From: Lama glama | Lineage: Eukaryota | Direction of reading: 5' to 3' | DNA: 64,000 nucleotides | Assembly (NCBI GenBank): GCA_028534125.1 | Contig: CM052818.1 | Location: forward strand, 38,070,001-38,134,000 | Translations under genes and position numbers: made by a program | The notes under the pieces: generated by a model | Databases searched by the model: none | Seen by the model: the letters and a program-made list of their open reading frames with translations, nothing else | Told to the model about the DNA's origin: nothing | In this document: piece by piece, positions 50,526 through 64,000 of the stretch | Position numbering within the stretch: position 1 is the stretch's first letter | Layout of the letters: the number at the start of each line of letters is the position of its first letter

Positions 50526-52539
50526 AAGCCCATTAACATGTGTTGCCTAAAAGCCACTGATTGGACTCTCCCAGTGCACGTGGGTGCCAGGAGCCTGGCA
50601 TCCAGTCTGCTGTCCTGACCAGTAAGTGGGGTAGCTGCCACCTAGAACTGCTCCCTCGGTAATGCACCGCCGGCACTCGGGAATCCACACTTGAACCTAC
50701 AACAAGCCTCACCGGCATCTTCTCATGAACTAAACATGAGGCCACAGATCCACAGATCACTGTAGCTGCAAGTGCCCTCAGAGAACACTTTCTTCAAGTC
50801 TCTAATTTTATATACACGAACAAAGACTCAGGTAAGGGTGGAGCTCACTCAACATCACACTAGCCGGGGGACAGGGGCCCAGGGTTTCTGACTCCTGGAC
50901 AGGAGCTCTTGACTGTGAATTGCCAGCTTGTGTCCTTCTTCTGGAGACCAAGGAGGCCACTGGGCCCAGCTGCCCCCAGCGTGGGGGATGAGGAAGGAAG
51001 CCCACCTGTACCACATCTTCCGTTTCCAGTCTGTTCTTTGTGTTCACAAACATTTCACAGGCACTACTGGGGTCATAACATCGTGGTTGTCAGTCCACTT
51101 CATTTTCCAAAGCCACTTCCCTGCCTCCTTGGCTTTTCTCGCAACTTTCACTGGCCTCATCCTCACTCCCACCTCCGGCTAAAAGGCAGCCGTATCTCCC
51201 GAAGAGGGTGTCATCCCACAGATGACAATCCCCATGGAAACGACATAAAAATGAACATGAAGCAGAAGCCATATGTCTTATTTTAGGTCTACAGCCTGGT
51301 TTTCTAAACTTGTTCTGTCTGACTTCCTTTAACCCAGCCCTCATTTCTACAAATGCCTGTCCAGGGGCACATTTGGAATACAGGTCAGCCCTGAAAAAGA
51401 GCTTAGGCTGAGCTATGTGAAGACAGACTTAATCTCTTCTGGTCAAAAACCAAGGCTAAACTGGAAAATCCTTCCCCATGACTCCAAGAACCACATCTAA
51501 AAGAAGTGAGGTTGTTCCACGAATCCCCTGGCCAGAGCAAACTGGGGATGTGGTGGCCCATGCAGAGGAGCAGGCAAGAGCCGTCCTCCGCATCCCGCCT
51601 GGTCTCACAGCATCCTCGGGAGTCCTGTGGAGGCCTCGAGCATGACAACCGTAAGCAAACATGCTCTCTTTCAGGTGTTCTTTGTAAGTCCTTTCCAAGT
51701 TCCCTTCTCTAAGGATTTCTGCAAATAAATCATCCAAAGGACCCATCACATTCTGAAAGAAAGCCAGTAAGGGCTTCTCTCTGGGCGACACCAGGGTTCT
51801 GGGTGTGACTCATGTGACCGAGAACTTACCAAGGACTCCTTGGGCCGGGGTAAGCTGAGCGAGTCTAATCTATGCATGAGGTGGAACAGAACTGGGAGCA
51901 GAGAAGGCCTCTTGGTTGGATGGGGCAGACTGGCGGTGGGATGTCAACCCAGACCTGGATGGGCAGACGGGACACAGTGGTCCTGGCTCCGAGTGGACAT
52001 CCCAGAGAGGAGGCTACTTGGAGTACCAATTGGAGTGGCACCCCACAAGGAGGTGGGAAGGAGAACAGAGCAGGGGTAGCCATGGAGGAAGAAGCTAATG
52101 CCGGCCTCCAGCAAAATCACGTGCCATCTACCACGTTCTCCATTTTTTGTTCTCTGCTGCTACCTGCAAGGTTTCCCAGGCACTTGGTTATGTCTTGCAA
52201 GTGTTTAGCCCGAGGCACCCTGAGCATCTCCCTTGCCCAGCAAAGTGGGAAAGGGAAGAAGACAGGAGGTTCGAGGAAGGGGCCAGAGCCCGGTCCTGTC
52301 CTGAGGACACACCTTCCTCATTTCATTCAGCACATGGAAGAGAGCTTTCCTGAACAGAACTTGTGCTTCCCTTTGTCCCTTCACTGAGCCCCTCTATCTG
52401 AAAGAAAATAAAATCACAAAATTTCCATTTCGGTGACCAACCTTAACGTGAGGCTCTGCACTTTACACACTTGGTCAAACTGAGCCCTCTGCAGGGATGA
52501 CGGGTGGGCTGCAAGGGCCGACTATCCCTGCTGTCTCCT

Positions 52540-53100
52540 TGGAGCATGGCACCATCACTTCCAATTCCCAGACACAACTCAGGTCCCACCTCTCTGTGTG
52601 CCTCGCCTGGTTTCTCCAAGCCTGTCCTGATCATCCGTCTAAACACCTATGATGCATATTACAGGAACCTATGTAGTAATTTCTCCTTTGCTCTATTTTC
52701 TTCTTTTCTGACCTGCATCTGGACTATGAGTTCTGCAAGGAGTAGAGGATGTGGCTTCCGTTTCTCTTTTATTCTTCACAGAGCCAAGGGGATGAAAGCC
52801 ATCTGTGCATTCATGGATTCCATTATCCCACAAGCACTGACCAAGCACCCAGTCTAGGCTAGGACTTATTCTAGGCACTAGGCTTTCAGAGATGAATCAA
52901 ACATGGCTCCTGACTTTGGGAACACTCAGTCTAGTGAGTGAGTCAGCCATGTGGGCATGGGATGACGGTGCAGGTGGTAAACATGCTACAAAAGTGCAAA
53001 GCAGAGGGAGTTGTATGAGAACACAGAGGAGAGGACAGACTAGGAGGGAGAGGCGCTGGGACCGTGTGCCAAAGCTGCTCAATAAATATTTGTTGATTAA
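52540..53100. mobile_element. Opposed L2 fragments (plus ~52540-52790, minus ~52805-53050)
   Basis: 'ctggactatgagttctgcaagg' followed by 'cattcatggattccattatcccacaagcactgaccaagcac...ttctaggcactagg'. Confidence 0.6.
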
Positions 53101-55724
53101 TTAGGGGAGGAGTACACTTCTTTAGGGATTACGGGGACAAAATGTCCTCATTAGCTGATGATGAGAGAAATGCTTTCCTTATAGTTAGGAAGCTCGTGGG
53201 AGTTGGCAAGTGATAATCTGTGTATTAATGATAACAAAGGAAAGAAACACTGGCAGAAGCAGAAAGCTCGCAGGCACCTTGAGCATCAGATAAGCCCATT
53301 ACATTTCTGGGCCTGCAGTGCCCCGTCCTGCCCATGGGACCACCTCCTGCCTGTCTTTCTCCCCTGGGCAGGGAGATGCCCACACTTGGAGAGAGCCACG
53401 TCCTAATAACGCAGCCCCAGGAACCTCCGCGGGCTCAGACCTGCAGCTGACAGGCCGACAGATGTGCGGGTCTTCCTTCAGGACCCGGGCCAGGCAAGGG
53501 GCGGGAGCCTCTGTGTGGCCTGGACTTCGGCTGCACAGTTTATATATTCTGCAGCATATGCTGGCTCAGCGTATTAAGGCAGCTCCAATCTTCCGTTTTC
53601 ATTTTACTTTTCCCTTAACTCTCGTAAGTTGCCTTTCGCGGTGATCTTGCCCTGATGGTTTATAAGGGAAGCAGCTGTGACTTTTCATCCTTTGAACTCT
53701 TGAGCCAAATGGCTTAACACTACCCCCTAGTCATCCTCTCCCCTGGATCGGACGACTGGCAACGTGGTGACTAGCAAAGAGCATCTTCTGCAAGGCTGGC
53801 AATGTGTTTATTCTTGTACCTCACTTCACACCATTGTGGTGCCTGTATGTCCTCAATCTGTCCATAAATCACTGTCGAGGTGTAAGAAAACACTGACAGT
53901 AAGCCAGCGAAACTGCTCTGCTCAGGTGGGAGAAGAGATCTAATCGCACGTATAATACGAGGAGAAATTACACCCCCTTTCAGATGATATTCCATCACTT
54001 ATAATGGGCTTTTGTTCTTGGTCAACTTCACAATTTTTATGACTACCCATCTTTTTCGGCATTGACAATTGTAACCCAGGCCTTGCAGCTGTCCATATAT
54101 TAAATAGTAAGAGAGAGAAGTAGGTCCTGTCCAGCAATCAATCAGAGGAGAGGATTTATATTTTTTCATGCTAAAACAACAGCAGGGGTAAAGAAAAATT
54201 TTACATTAAAACTCACAGTATTGAAGCAATTAATTTCTATGTGGATCAATGGTCTATCTCTGCCCGTGGAAAGAAAATTTTAAAATCATTATTTAAAGCT
54301 AAAAGTGGAGTCACAGTGTGTCAATAATCCTTCCATCTCTGGGATTTCGAGGTTCAAGAGCAACATATCCAGTTCCTCAAAGTTTATATGTGGTCTGAAC
54401 ACTGGAACTCACTGTGCTATTTCATTTGTCATTCTAAACTTTGCCCTCTGGAGGTCCAAGGACCTCATGAAAATGTGTCTTTTAGGGTTTGAGCTCTTGT
54501 CTCAAAAATCCCACCTGGATGGGGAACTCAAAGGAAGGGAAGTTAATTCAAAGAACTCAAAATATCAGGACATGACAAGGCCGGAACAGCTACAGAGCTT
54601 TTATTTCACCTGGAGTCTCTGTTGGAGCTGAACTTTAATCTTGAACAGAAAGTTTGGAAATTGGCTACGATACTGATATTAAGAGGAAAGCCAAGTACAG
54701 ACTGGAATGTTGAAAACACTGGGAAAACAAACTTTACTGACAGAACTGAAAACATGAATTAAGAGAAAGAGAGCAATTCACAAAGTACAATGTCAGCCCG
54801 ACAGTGAAGGCTGGCTAGTCTCTCCCCTTCGGGCCTGGTCTTCTAGTTCTTGTCCAGACCAACGGGCCTCCTGGGAGCTGGGAGCTGGTGCTACTGCCCC
54901 CGGGCTCCGAGACACACTCACGCCGCATCGGGTCATGGAGCTGGCCCCGGCACTCCTGAGGAGAAGCAAATGCACCAACCTCCAAATGCATTTGGCCAAG
55001 AAAACCAATTGCAGAAGAGGTGATATGATCTGTGTTAGGCTCACAAGATTTTAGAACTCAGTTTTACTGTCTTTGGAAAGAGAATTTAGGGGGACGTATG
55101 TATACTGTGGACCTAGATAACGGAAGGGAATGCCAGAATCTTGGTTTCGAACAGCCCCACTAAGTAGGGATCATGACCACGACAAGAAGTTGGTATCTGA
55201 CTTCCCCAGTGCGACACCGTCTGAAACGTGTTTCTCCTGCTCCACGCAGGACTGCCTCTGTGCTTAGGTGAGTTCTCCACAGGCAGGATGGAGCAGAAGG
55301 CCACAAGATTCAGAAATGCAGGTCAAAACTGTGATGTCACAAAACGGCGCAGCCCTGCTGCAAACATGCTTGACCTTGGCATATGGCGTAGTGTTCTGGG
55401 AACACAGAAAGGGCAATTTTGCTTGCTGTTTGCTCAAAGGTGGTAAAGGACTCTGGGGGAAAATTACACTTGGGAAAAGTATTTTCTTCATCTGAGAAGT
55501 TCTTTAATATCTAACCAGCTTTTCCTCGACCCTGTTAGGCAGCTGCATACATACGACTTCTCATTGTGAAGCTGCTCACCTGTCCACAGACTAAAGTCAA
55601 CTGGACTCAGAAATGCCAGAATTGAGGCTCAGCATTGAAAAGGTCTGGATCAGAGATTCCGGGCAGAAAGTAGAATGGTGTCTAGGAATTCTTATCTCTC
55701 CAGACTTTCATTGCTGTATAGAAT

Positions 55725-55956
55725 GATAATCTCAGCTGAAGTGCTTTGACCACTCGCTCCCCCACCCTCCTCCGCCACGGAACGTTCGGCAATGTTTGGA
55801 GACAGATTTGGTTGTTACAATTGATGGGTTCCTACTGGTATCTACAGGGTAGAGGCCAGGGCTGCTGCTAAACACTCTACAATGCACAAGGCAGGCCCCC
55901 ACTGTCAAGAATTATCCATCCCAAAATATCACTAGTGTCAAAGTTGAGAAACCTTG
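55725..55956 (+). mobile_element. MER20 (hAT-Charlie MITE)
   Basis: 'ggcaatgtttggagacagatttggttgttacaa...ggtagaggccagggctgctgctaaacactctacaatgcacaagg...aagaattatc...gttgagaaacc'. Confidence 0.9.
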
Positions 55957-56670
55957 CCCTGGAATCACTGCACAGTTAAAACGATTTTCTGGCTGTACCT
56001 GGGACAGGTGACACTCTTCTCAGCACGATCTACCCAAAGCGGCAGGCGTCCATACCCTTCTCAGGCCTCTCCCTCACTGAAATATCACCCTCATGGCACT
56101 GGTCCCTATTCCACCCTGTCACATGGGCTTGGCCAACGTATTTATTCTACGCATGCTCCTCTTCCCAGAATGTCCTACTGTATGGGAGAACAGAGACCAG
56201 GGATTGCCTTTAAAATAGTAAGGTTGTTGGTTCGAACTTGGCACATATTTTAGCCTTGGCCTTCCTCTCTGAAGCCTGCAGATAATTTACAGACAGATTC
56301 TACTGGTAATACCCTCTCTGGCCTCCTCCTGATTATTCCGGATGTCTTATCCTTAGAATTAAATGTGCTTCATCCATGGAACACTTTCTGTCAACTTGGC
56401 ACAAATCATTAGTCTTTTATGTTCTAAGAAGTTCCACGTCGATATTCCACCTTTGGGACACGTTTCATAGCCCAGCTCTGTGGGGAAGCCTTCCCCCGCT
56501 GCTCTTGTTCACACTTCTCTCCATTTTCTGGGCGATGGGGCATTGAATGTGGAATGCCTCCACACCGTCACCTTGTGTTAAGTGGTTACTGATACTAACA
56601 ATCTTGTCTCAGCAATGAATGGCCATGAAGGACACTGGGTATCTACAGAAAAGAGCAAGACATCGCCCTG

Positions 56671-56950
56671 CATCATCACCATCATCACCACCGTCATCAT
56701 CATCATCATCATTTGCTCCGGGGCTTAGTATGGGCCAGGAACTGTGAGAAGCATTTTACGTGCACCACCTCAACTTTGCAAGGAACATATTCTTATTCCC
56801 ACTTTTCAGACGGGTAAACTGAGCTCGGAGAATTTAAATAAATTGCTCAGGATCACCAGCTTTAAAATTCCAGACATTCAATCTGAACTTAGATCTGCGG
56901 GAATCTAATAACCTGTGATCCTAACTAGTCCATTGCATGGCCTCCCCCAA
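56671..56950 (-). mobile_element. MIR with a (CAT/CAC)n tract at 56671-56712
   Basis: 'attcccacttttcagacgggtaaactgagctcggagaatttaaataaattgctcaggatcac'. Confidence 0.8.
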
Positions 56951-58729
56951 GGTGTTCACAGCCACCGCTTAGGACGCACAGTACACTCATTTGGAAGGAG
57001 CAAAGCCTCCACCAGCCAGCCAGGCTAATGAGCTTGTTGGTGACAAAGCATCAACAGGCTCCAGGCGGGCGTCCCTCTGATGACTTTAATGCACCTTTTC
57101 TGAAACCAGCCTTCAGGACCCTGCAAACACGTGGCTCAGCGCGGCACGGTCTTATGAATAATAATGAAATCCAATCAGGAACAGAGCCCTTAGATTTTAA
57201 TTGAGCTATCCTTTAAAGGACTGCTTCTCTCCGTGTCAAGGTCATGTTCTCCTAGCTAAGGCAGTTATTTTATGTGTGCAGCAGAGATAATAGGCACGGG
57301 AGACACATCGAGGACAAGTGGCATACGGCATGAAAGAAAGGAGGAAACATACGAAAAGCAATCATTGAAGTATACACTGTAGACCTTCCCATTGATAATT
57401 GGTTTAAATTATTAAAGCACATAAGAGGTTATTAACTAGAGAGAGTATAAATTACTTTTTTTTTTTGCTGAGCATGACTTTTCAAAGTCTCCCAAACTTC
57501 CACTTAAAAAAAAAAAGCTTTAAATGTAAAGTCATTACAAAAAAACATCTTTTAAAATTATCTCCAGAGTGGATGGATGAGGCGAGAGCAGATGCTTCAT
57601 GAATTTGAGATCACGTTACCTGCCATGAGAATATAAAATGGGAAATGGCGTTTAAATAATACTAGTATCGCTCAGGGGGCGCCTGGCATTGGCCATGTCC
57701 CGAGAGTCACAGCTGCAGGCCCCTGGAACTGGGAGCATCCTTGAGGGGTCGGGACAGGTAGCTGAAAGCACACACGTAGAGCCCCTGGGAAACTCTGGGA
57801 TGAGCAGCTCTCAGAGCACGGCTGCCATAGCTCGGGTGGACACATCTGCGGTGACCACCACGGGGAGGGATCCAAGACCCGATCTTGCTATGTCCGCCAA
57901 GGTGCGGGAGCAGTGGAGGGGAGTAGCTGAGCCCAGCCAGAGCGAAATGAGTGACACACATCCTCCTTCTCGCGCTGGAGATGCTGACTTACATCCCTGT
58001 TCCCCAAGCCTTCCCGGACTTCTCTGCAAATGGGTCTGATGGCTGTCCTTATCTAAGGCTGCTCCACTCTTCTGGGGCTCGGAATTAGCACTTTTAGGAT
58101 GTACTGTTCTGGCAAGAGACCCTATATCTAGTAAGGCCAATTATCTCCTCGGATTCTTAGTTCTATCTTTATTCATTAACTCCCATTTCCTCTCTCAGAA
58201 GTGAGCTCATGTGGGCTGCTTGCCTTTTCTTTGAATGACTTTTCCTCCTTGTGGCCTAAATCCAGGATCCTGTTGCTCGCACTCCCTCCAGGCCTCCCCT
58301 TTTACCTTTGTGGCTTCCTCACCTCCACCTCCTGCTCATCAGCGGTGCCTTCGCTGAAAGAATGAAAATGAGGAGCAATAATGCTCTCTCCTGCCACCCA
58401 GCCCAGGCCGAGCGCTGCTCTGTCTGGGTCGTCAGGATGACAGATACGCTACGATTACACAGCCATCTCTTTAAAGACGGCCATGATGTATCATTACGTG
58501 AGGTGAGAGGCTCTGAAACCGTATGAACCCCCCTCCCCAAAACACACACACGTTGGAGAGGACACTCCCACCAACCATCAACCTTTTTCAGAACTTCTTT
58601 CCTTTTTGTAACTGTTCCTCCTCCAAGTCCAACCTTACTCTTACAGATGCCAACTCCTTTGTTCAAGATCAGACTCCAGCCAATAGGACCAATAAGAACT
58701 TTGCCCAGAATAAGAATTCTTTTCAAACC

Positions 58730-59040
58730 AGAAACAGCAAAGCCTGTTTCATTCCGGAGTCAGAATTTCCCCCACCTGTAAGAAGCTGTACTATAGAGGG
58801 AAATAATGATCCCAGCAGCCCGAGAGAAGGATGGTGAGTCAGGGTGATGGAGAATGGAAGCGCTAATGGAATTTTAGACTTGGGTTCCAATTATTCTCCC
58901 GGCCGTCTTAAACTGGACTATTAGCCTCTCCTTTGACTATGCGACCTTACCAGATGTCCTTCCAGTAAATTCACTTCTTATATAAGTTCAGTTTAGCCCA
59001 TTTACTATTGCTTGTATCCAAAGGACTCCTGAATAACACA
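58730..59040 (+). mobile_element. ERV-L/MaLR LTR 3' part (LTR33/LTR16-like)
   Basis: 'ccttccagtaaattcacttctt...tattgcttgtatccaaaggactcctgaataacaca' resembles an LTR terminus. Confidence 0.5.
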
Positions 59041-59689
59041 GAAATATATTCTTGACTGCTATACACCAATATATTACCAGCACTCATCTCTGGATTTTTT
59101 TTTCCTTTTACTTATCCGCATTTACCCCTGCATTATAATGAACCTGAAATCTTTGTATAATATTTTGATCATTAAGATTTGGTCAGATGATTTATCTGAT
59201 TAAAAGAGAAACACTTATCAAAAGAATGGCAAACGTAATTGAGGAGGAAATCACTAGATAGGAGGTGGCTCCCACAACTGGATCAAGATCACATGCTTGT
59301 CCTGCAAATACTTATCAAGTGTCCAGTACTTTATCCGATACCAAAGTCTGGACACTGTGAATGCAGAGCTCATGGCGAGGGATAGAGATGTATCAATCAT
59401 CATCAAATAAAGGTGAAGCTATAACTATGGTGTGTGCTATGGAGAGAGGCTACTCAGAAATAAGGTGACACGGCCAAGTTAGAAAGTCATGAATGCTTCC
59501 TGGAGAAAAATGTCACTTAAGCTGAGTCCTGAAAGATAACTGAGAAAGAGAAAAGAAGAAAGAACAGGGACTCCCATCAAAGGCTCCTTGTCAGGAGGGA
59601 GCACAGGGCATTTGAGACACTGAGAGAAAGCACCTGAAGTGCAAGGAGAACTTTGTAGGGCAACGTGTATAAAAATCACAGCGGATGGT

Positions 59690-60060
59690 AAAGTACCACT
59701 GAACTAGTTATCACCCTGAGGACTGATGGGTTGAAGGGAGGAAGTGGCCACTGGAACTCAGAAAAAGAGTGCTGTGCAGAGGAAAGTATCTGATGAGAGC
59801 CGAGGCATTACGACAAATGCTGAAGACAGCCTGTGATGACCGTGCAGGGTGAGGAGGGGGCTGGGCAAATGCAAACTCTCACCACACGCTCCTTTCTTCC
59901 CCCAGACCTCTGACCTATGATCCTCATTGGCTCAGCTCAACCAAAGCCAGAAGGAACAAGGGCTCTTTGAAGAGGCACGTACATGTCAGTCTCCTAGGGC
60001 ACAAAGCAGAGAAGGATGGAGCATCTATCTACAAAGGAAAACAAAAGAAGATCCAGCTCA
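59690..60060 (-). mobile_element. ERV-L/MaLR LTR (LTR16/MLT1-like) inserted in L2
   Basis: 'cattggctcagctcaaccaaagccagaaggaacaagggc...gtcagtctcctagggcacaaagcag'. Confidence 0.55.
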
Positions 60061-60609
60061 TGGACTCATAGAAACCATAAAACAAATCTAATAAGTAGAC
60101 ATTTACTAAATATACACTGTTCAGGGAGTGGCACCAGGAATCTTAGGAAACCTTGAAGGAAGCACCAATTTGTATTGGAAGTATAGGAGCTCAGAATTGA
60201 AAAGGAGGAAGGCTGTATGGGCATTGAAAACATTAAATAAAAATGCAAGTATAAATCACAGAACAAGAGAGCAACATAGGGTATCACTCGGCAGTACTTG
60301 AGCAGTTAGCAGGGATGTGCACAGTTAAAATGCACTGCTGGCCATCAGAAGTGAGGGACTCTAGCCTGCAATGACCATGCAAGGCTTCTTAAAAGAAGAG
60401 CCATGCATGAATTGAGACTTGCAGGGTAAAAGATTCTTATAAGTAAAAAGCAAGGGGACAGGTACAGTATGGTGAACCAGGAGATGACTGACAGCAAAAT
60501 GGCAGAAGAGAAGAAAAGCAAAATTATATTTGAGAAATTTGACTTTCTGGTTATTACAAAGACCATATCAACAAGCAGAGATCAGCTGGGCCGGAAATGT
60601 TGGTTTATT

Positions 60610-62450
60610 TATTGATTTGCTTTTTGATTTCTCTCAGATTGAGCATCTACTGTGTGTTAGGCACTGCTCTTGTCGCTGAGGCTGTGGCAATGAACATGAT
60701 GGACAAGGACCCTGCAAATGTAGAGATTATATGCTAGTGAGGCAAGCGGAATAAAAATAAACATACTCATTAGTCATCAGATGGCCTCAGGTCTTATGGA
60801 GGGAATTAGTATCAGCTTATGTACTAGAGAATGACTAAATGGTTCCTGTAGGGGATGTTTAAGGAAAACCTCAGTGAGGAGTTCTTTGAGCTCAACTGAG
60901 ACCTAAATAACTAAAATTATTCTTGTTCTATATCATGATCAAGTAAAAGAGCATTTCAGGCATGGAGATAAATGATACCCAAGGCCTAAAGAAGATACTT
61001 GGATAATGTGTTTGAGGAAACAAATGAAGAGCATCGTGATGGTTCACATCGGGTGCTGAGGCTGGCTTCTATCAGCGAGTGAGAGACAACTGTTGCATTT
61101 TCAGGAATCTTGTGAGCCAGCTGACGTCACTTTGGTAGCTTACAACTGGCCATGGTGGGAGTATTTACACCAGAGAAATTGGCAAACACTATAAAACAAG
61201 GCTTCCTTTTAGTTCCCAGCCCCTCCCCTCGATCAGAGAGCCTGTTCTTAAACATCTGCCAGCACAGCACAGCCTGGACATGAGAGGAAGCTGGGGAGGT
61301 AACTGGGGACCTAGCATCAAAGGCTTTATGAGCCAGGAGTTTTGATTTAATTCTAAACGTGATGGGAAGCCATCAGAGGGTCCTACGTAGGACATGGACA
61401 TAACCTGATTTGCATTTTTCAAAGATACTTCTGGCTCTGTTGTAGAAAACTCTACGTGGATTTAAAAGAAAGGGGTGGGGAATAGGAAAATCAGTTGGGT
61501 AGGTACTGGATTAGTCTGGGTGAGAAGAGACAATGGTTTCTGACTAGCTTGTAGTAATGAAAATAAGGAAAAATTTTAAATGTGAGACCTGATACAGAGG
61601 TAAAGTGTATAGTTTTTATTCATGGAATTGAGGAAAAGAGAGGAATCAAGCAATTTTGGAGTTTTTGCTTGAGAAAATAGGTATATGGTGGTACCACAAA
61701 CTGAAAGGTTACGTAACAGGAGAGGTGGAGTGGGAATTACGAAAGTGACACTCCCCTGGCTAGTCTGAGACTTCTATACGACATCCTTCTGTAATTGCCA
61801 AACAGAGAGTAGGACAGTCATGCTTGGATTGCTGGGGAGATACAGGAACCGGAGACTCGTTGGCGCGTAGGCAGTATTTAAAACCAAAGTATGGGTTCGA
61901 TGGCCAAAGAAAGAGAAAAGCAGAGGGAGAGCAGGGGAGGAGGAGCCAGCACAGAAGACTGAGGACTGACACATCAGCTCGGAAGAACACCAGGAGTCTG
62001 GTGCCAGGATGCCGAGAGAAGACGAACTCCGAGTCACGGAGCTCGTTCTATTGAACATTATTGGAGATGAAGTAAGATAAGAAGAGAGAAGTCACTTGGA
62101 CTGGTGACAGAGGGGTGGCTAACACTTCTTACAGTGGCAGTGTTAATGAAGTAGGGAGGATGGTATGGATTCTCCTTAGAATAAAGTCAAGAAAGGGTGT
62201 TCAGTGAAGAAGCAGAAGTGATGATGGAGGGGTGTCAGCAGTAATAGCTGGAGGAGGATGTGAGGTCAAAAGAGGTTTTTTTCTTCTCATTTTATTTTTT
62301 AGGTAGGAATAATTAGAATATGTTTATATACTAACAGGAACGATCCTAGAGAAAGGAAAACCTCAGTGAACTGGGGAGGAGAGAACTGCAGAAGCCACGT
62401 CCTTGAAACAGCAAGAAAGAACAGGAACTAGGGCACAAGAGGAGGGGTTT
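60610..62450 (-). mobile_element. Long L2 remnant interrupted by MER63
   Basis: Continuous antisense L2 text ('attgagcatctactgtgtgttaggcactg'; 'gatgggaagccatcagaggg'; 'gcatttttcaaagatacttctggct'). Confidence 0.75.
61047..61272 (+). mobile_element. MER63-like (hAT-Blackjack) DNA transposon
   Basis: 'ttttcaggaatcttgtgagccagctgacgtcactttggtagcttacaactggccatggtgggagtatttacaccagagaaattggcaaac...ttaaacatctgccagcac'. Confidence 0.8.
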
Positions 62451-63677
62451 TCAATTCAACTAGCATTTATTAAAGGCTCCCGATATGCCAGTTTCATTGC
62501 ACAGGTTTCTGATATTGCACCTGGAGTATTTTCCAACACTTATGTCCCCTATTAGATTCAAGATGCTTAAGGACTGAGTCCCTGTTTTGTTCTTGTTTCA
62601 AGTGCCAGCCCAAATTCAGGCACACGGTAAGAGTTAATACATATTTGCTCAATATGTGTTGGACGAGATTAAGAAGGTTTAACCTAAACTATCACCATTA
62701 GCAGTCATTTGAACGTTTTGATTTAATCATAGACAGCACTGAGGAGACGGATATAACCAGCAAAAAATAGACAACTTCAATTACAGAATTTTTTTCTGGC
62801 TTTAAATTTGACTTGGATTGACAGAGAAAAAGGTTGGGGCCAGATGGATGTGGGAGTCGGGGAAGAGATAGCTACTTCTAGAAGTCACCGAAGAGAAAGA
62901 CAGTTCCTTCACGCAGAAGCCAGTTTATAATTCTTGACAAAAACATGTACAATGGTACATGTGACCCCAGTGTTCCTACTCTTAGTACAGAGTGTCAACT
63001 TTTTCGTGTACTGTCTTAGTGGTCTTAGTGCATCGTCTCTATAATCTTAATCTCCTGGACCTCCCCGAAAGCATATCCCCTTCTCCCACGGCATGTGCCC
63101 CTGAGGCCAGGGAGATCAATGCCAAGTGTTTCTCCTAATCCCAGCCCCACCCCATCACCAGTACATCACGTTCTGTCTTTCCTCATGTGCCCTCTCCTCT
63201 GTAATATTTTATTATCCAAATTCTTTTCATCTTTCAACATACAATTCAAGTCCGAATGACTCCAAGACTCCTTCTCCAAGGGAAAGAAAGACATCTATCC
63301 ATTTGCTTAAATTCTGTAGTATTTAGTGAATCAATTATGCAGCAGTTCTGAAATAACACCTGATTGATCTGGTTTTGCACGAGCGTGTGCATACATTCCT
63401 GAGTGAATGCAGGTGTGTGGAAGAGATTTCTATGAGAATTTGACCTGTCAGCAGATGACAGCTCTCCATCAGACAAGAACTGGGCTCCAGCCTCTCCTCT
63501 GCTCCTCTGCTCTCAACAGCCCAGAGAGCAAGGTCAAGGACTGAGTGTTCTTGGGAAATTCAGCAGTAAGTGAGGATGGAACATTTTTAATAGTCTGCAT
63601 CATCCAAGTGCTACAACACCATATCCCCCGGGTAGCAGGTTATTGACTCTGTTCGTTTTGTTTCAAAAACAATACAT

Positions 63678-63810
63678 AAAAGGTACAAACTTCCAGTTAT
63701 GAAATAAGTGAGTCATGACAATGTACTGTACGGTGACTAAAGTTAATGACAGTGTATTGCATATTTGAAAGTTGCAAGAGATTAAATCTTAAAAATTCTC
63801 ATCACAGAAG
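63678..63810 (+). mobile_element. L1MA-type 3'UTR fragment
   Basis: 'aaaggtacaaacttccagttat...gtacggtgactaaagttaat...gtattgcatatttgaaagttgc...aaattctcatcaca'. Confidence 0.8.
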
Positions 63811-64000
63811 CAATATATATAGTAGCATATTTTCTATTTTTGAGAGCTATTTTAAAAAAATATATGTTTTAGAAAAGTTACAGTTATTCAACCAGTGTGA
63901 TCATGACATCACATCTTGAATATGAGCCAAGCCTGCTTGAAAGAAAGAGGCAAAACAAGGGGATGTTAAGTGGGAAACTCACAAATCGGCTTCAGAAGAT

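Noticed and set aside
47038..52387. Multiple 120-185 aa ORFs in the GC-richer right half
   Set aside because: No domain similarity or consistent splice structure, many start at non-ATG codons, and several run through MIR/L2 remnants.
57668..57685. CTCF-like 'cgctcagggggcgcc'
   Set aside because: Only the 3' half matches; the 5' CCASY segment is a poor match.
1..64000. Prokaryote-type systems (CRISPR arrays, operons, defence loci) and structured RNA genes
   Set aside because: The sequence is mammalian; I saw no repeat-spacer array, tRNA cloverleaf, rRNA or snRNA similarity.

Overview
Repeat-rich eutherian genomic DNA, intergenic or deep-intronic. The young L1 3' ends look cetartiodactyl and probably camelid; I saw no Alu, B1/B2, Bov-tA, PRE1 or Can-SINE, and the species call is an inference. 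I found no recognisable protein-coding exon, tRNA, rRNA or snoRNA. Much of the window is decayed transposons: L1 of several ages, L2, MIR, CR1/L3, a probable L4/RTE-X, LTR16/MLT1 LTRs, MER20, MER63, and a ~4.5 kb degenerate ERV-L provirus at 27.9-32.4 kb carrying three nested insertions. The unique DNA holds a small orphan CpG island (~19.5 kb) and several motif-dense blocks that look like enhancers. The most notable items are: (i) ~480 bp of MIR-containing older DNA inserted at the ERV-L RT YxDD motif; (ii) a 307-codon orphan ORF with a consensus Kozak start; (iii) a young L1 whose 5' truncation point matches the homologous position of the old L1 it landed in; (iv) a full ZNF143 motif outside any CpG island; (v) an L1MB whose 3' end appears inverted. 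I see no well-supported novel multi-gene system. Repeat names come from recalled consensus sequences and boundaries are approximate; both need RepeatMasker/Dfam confirmation.
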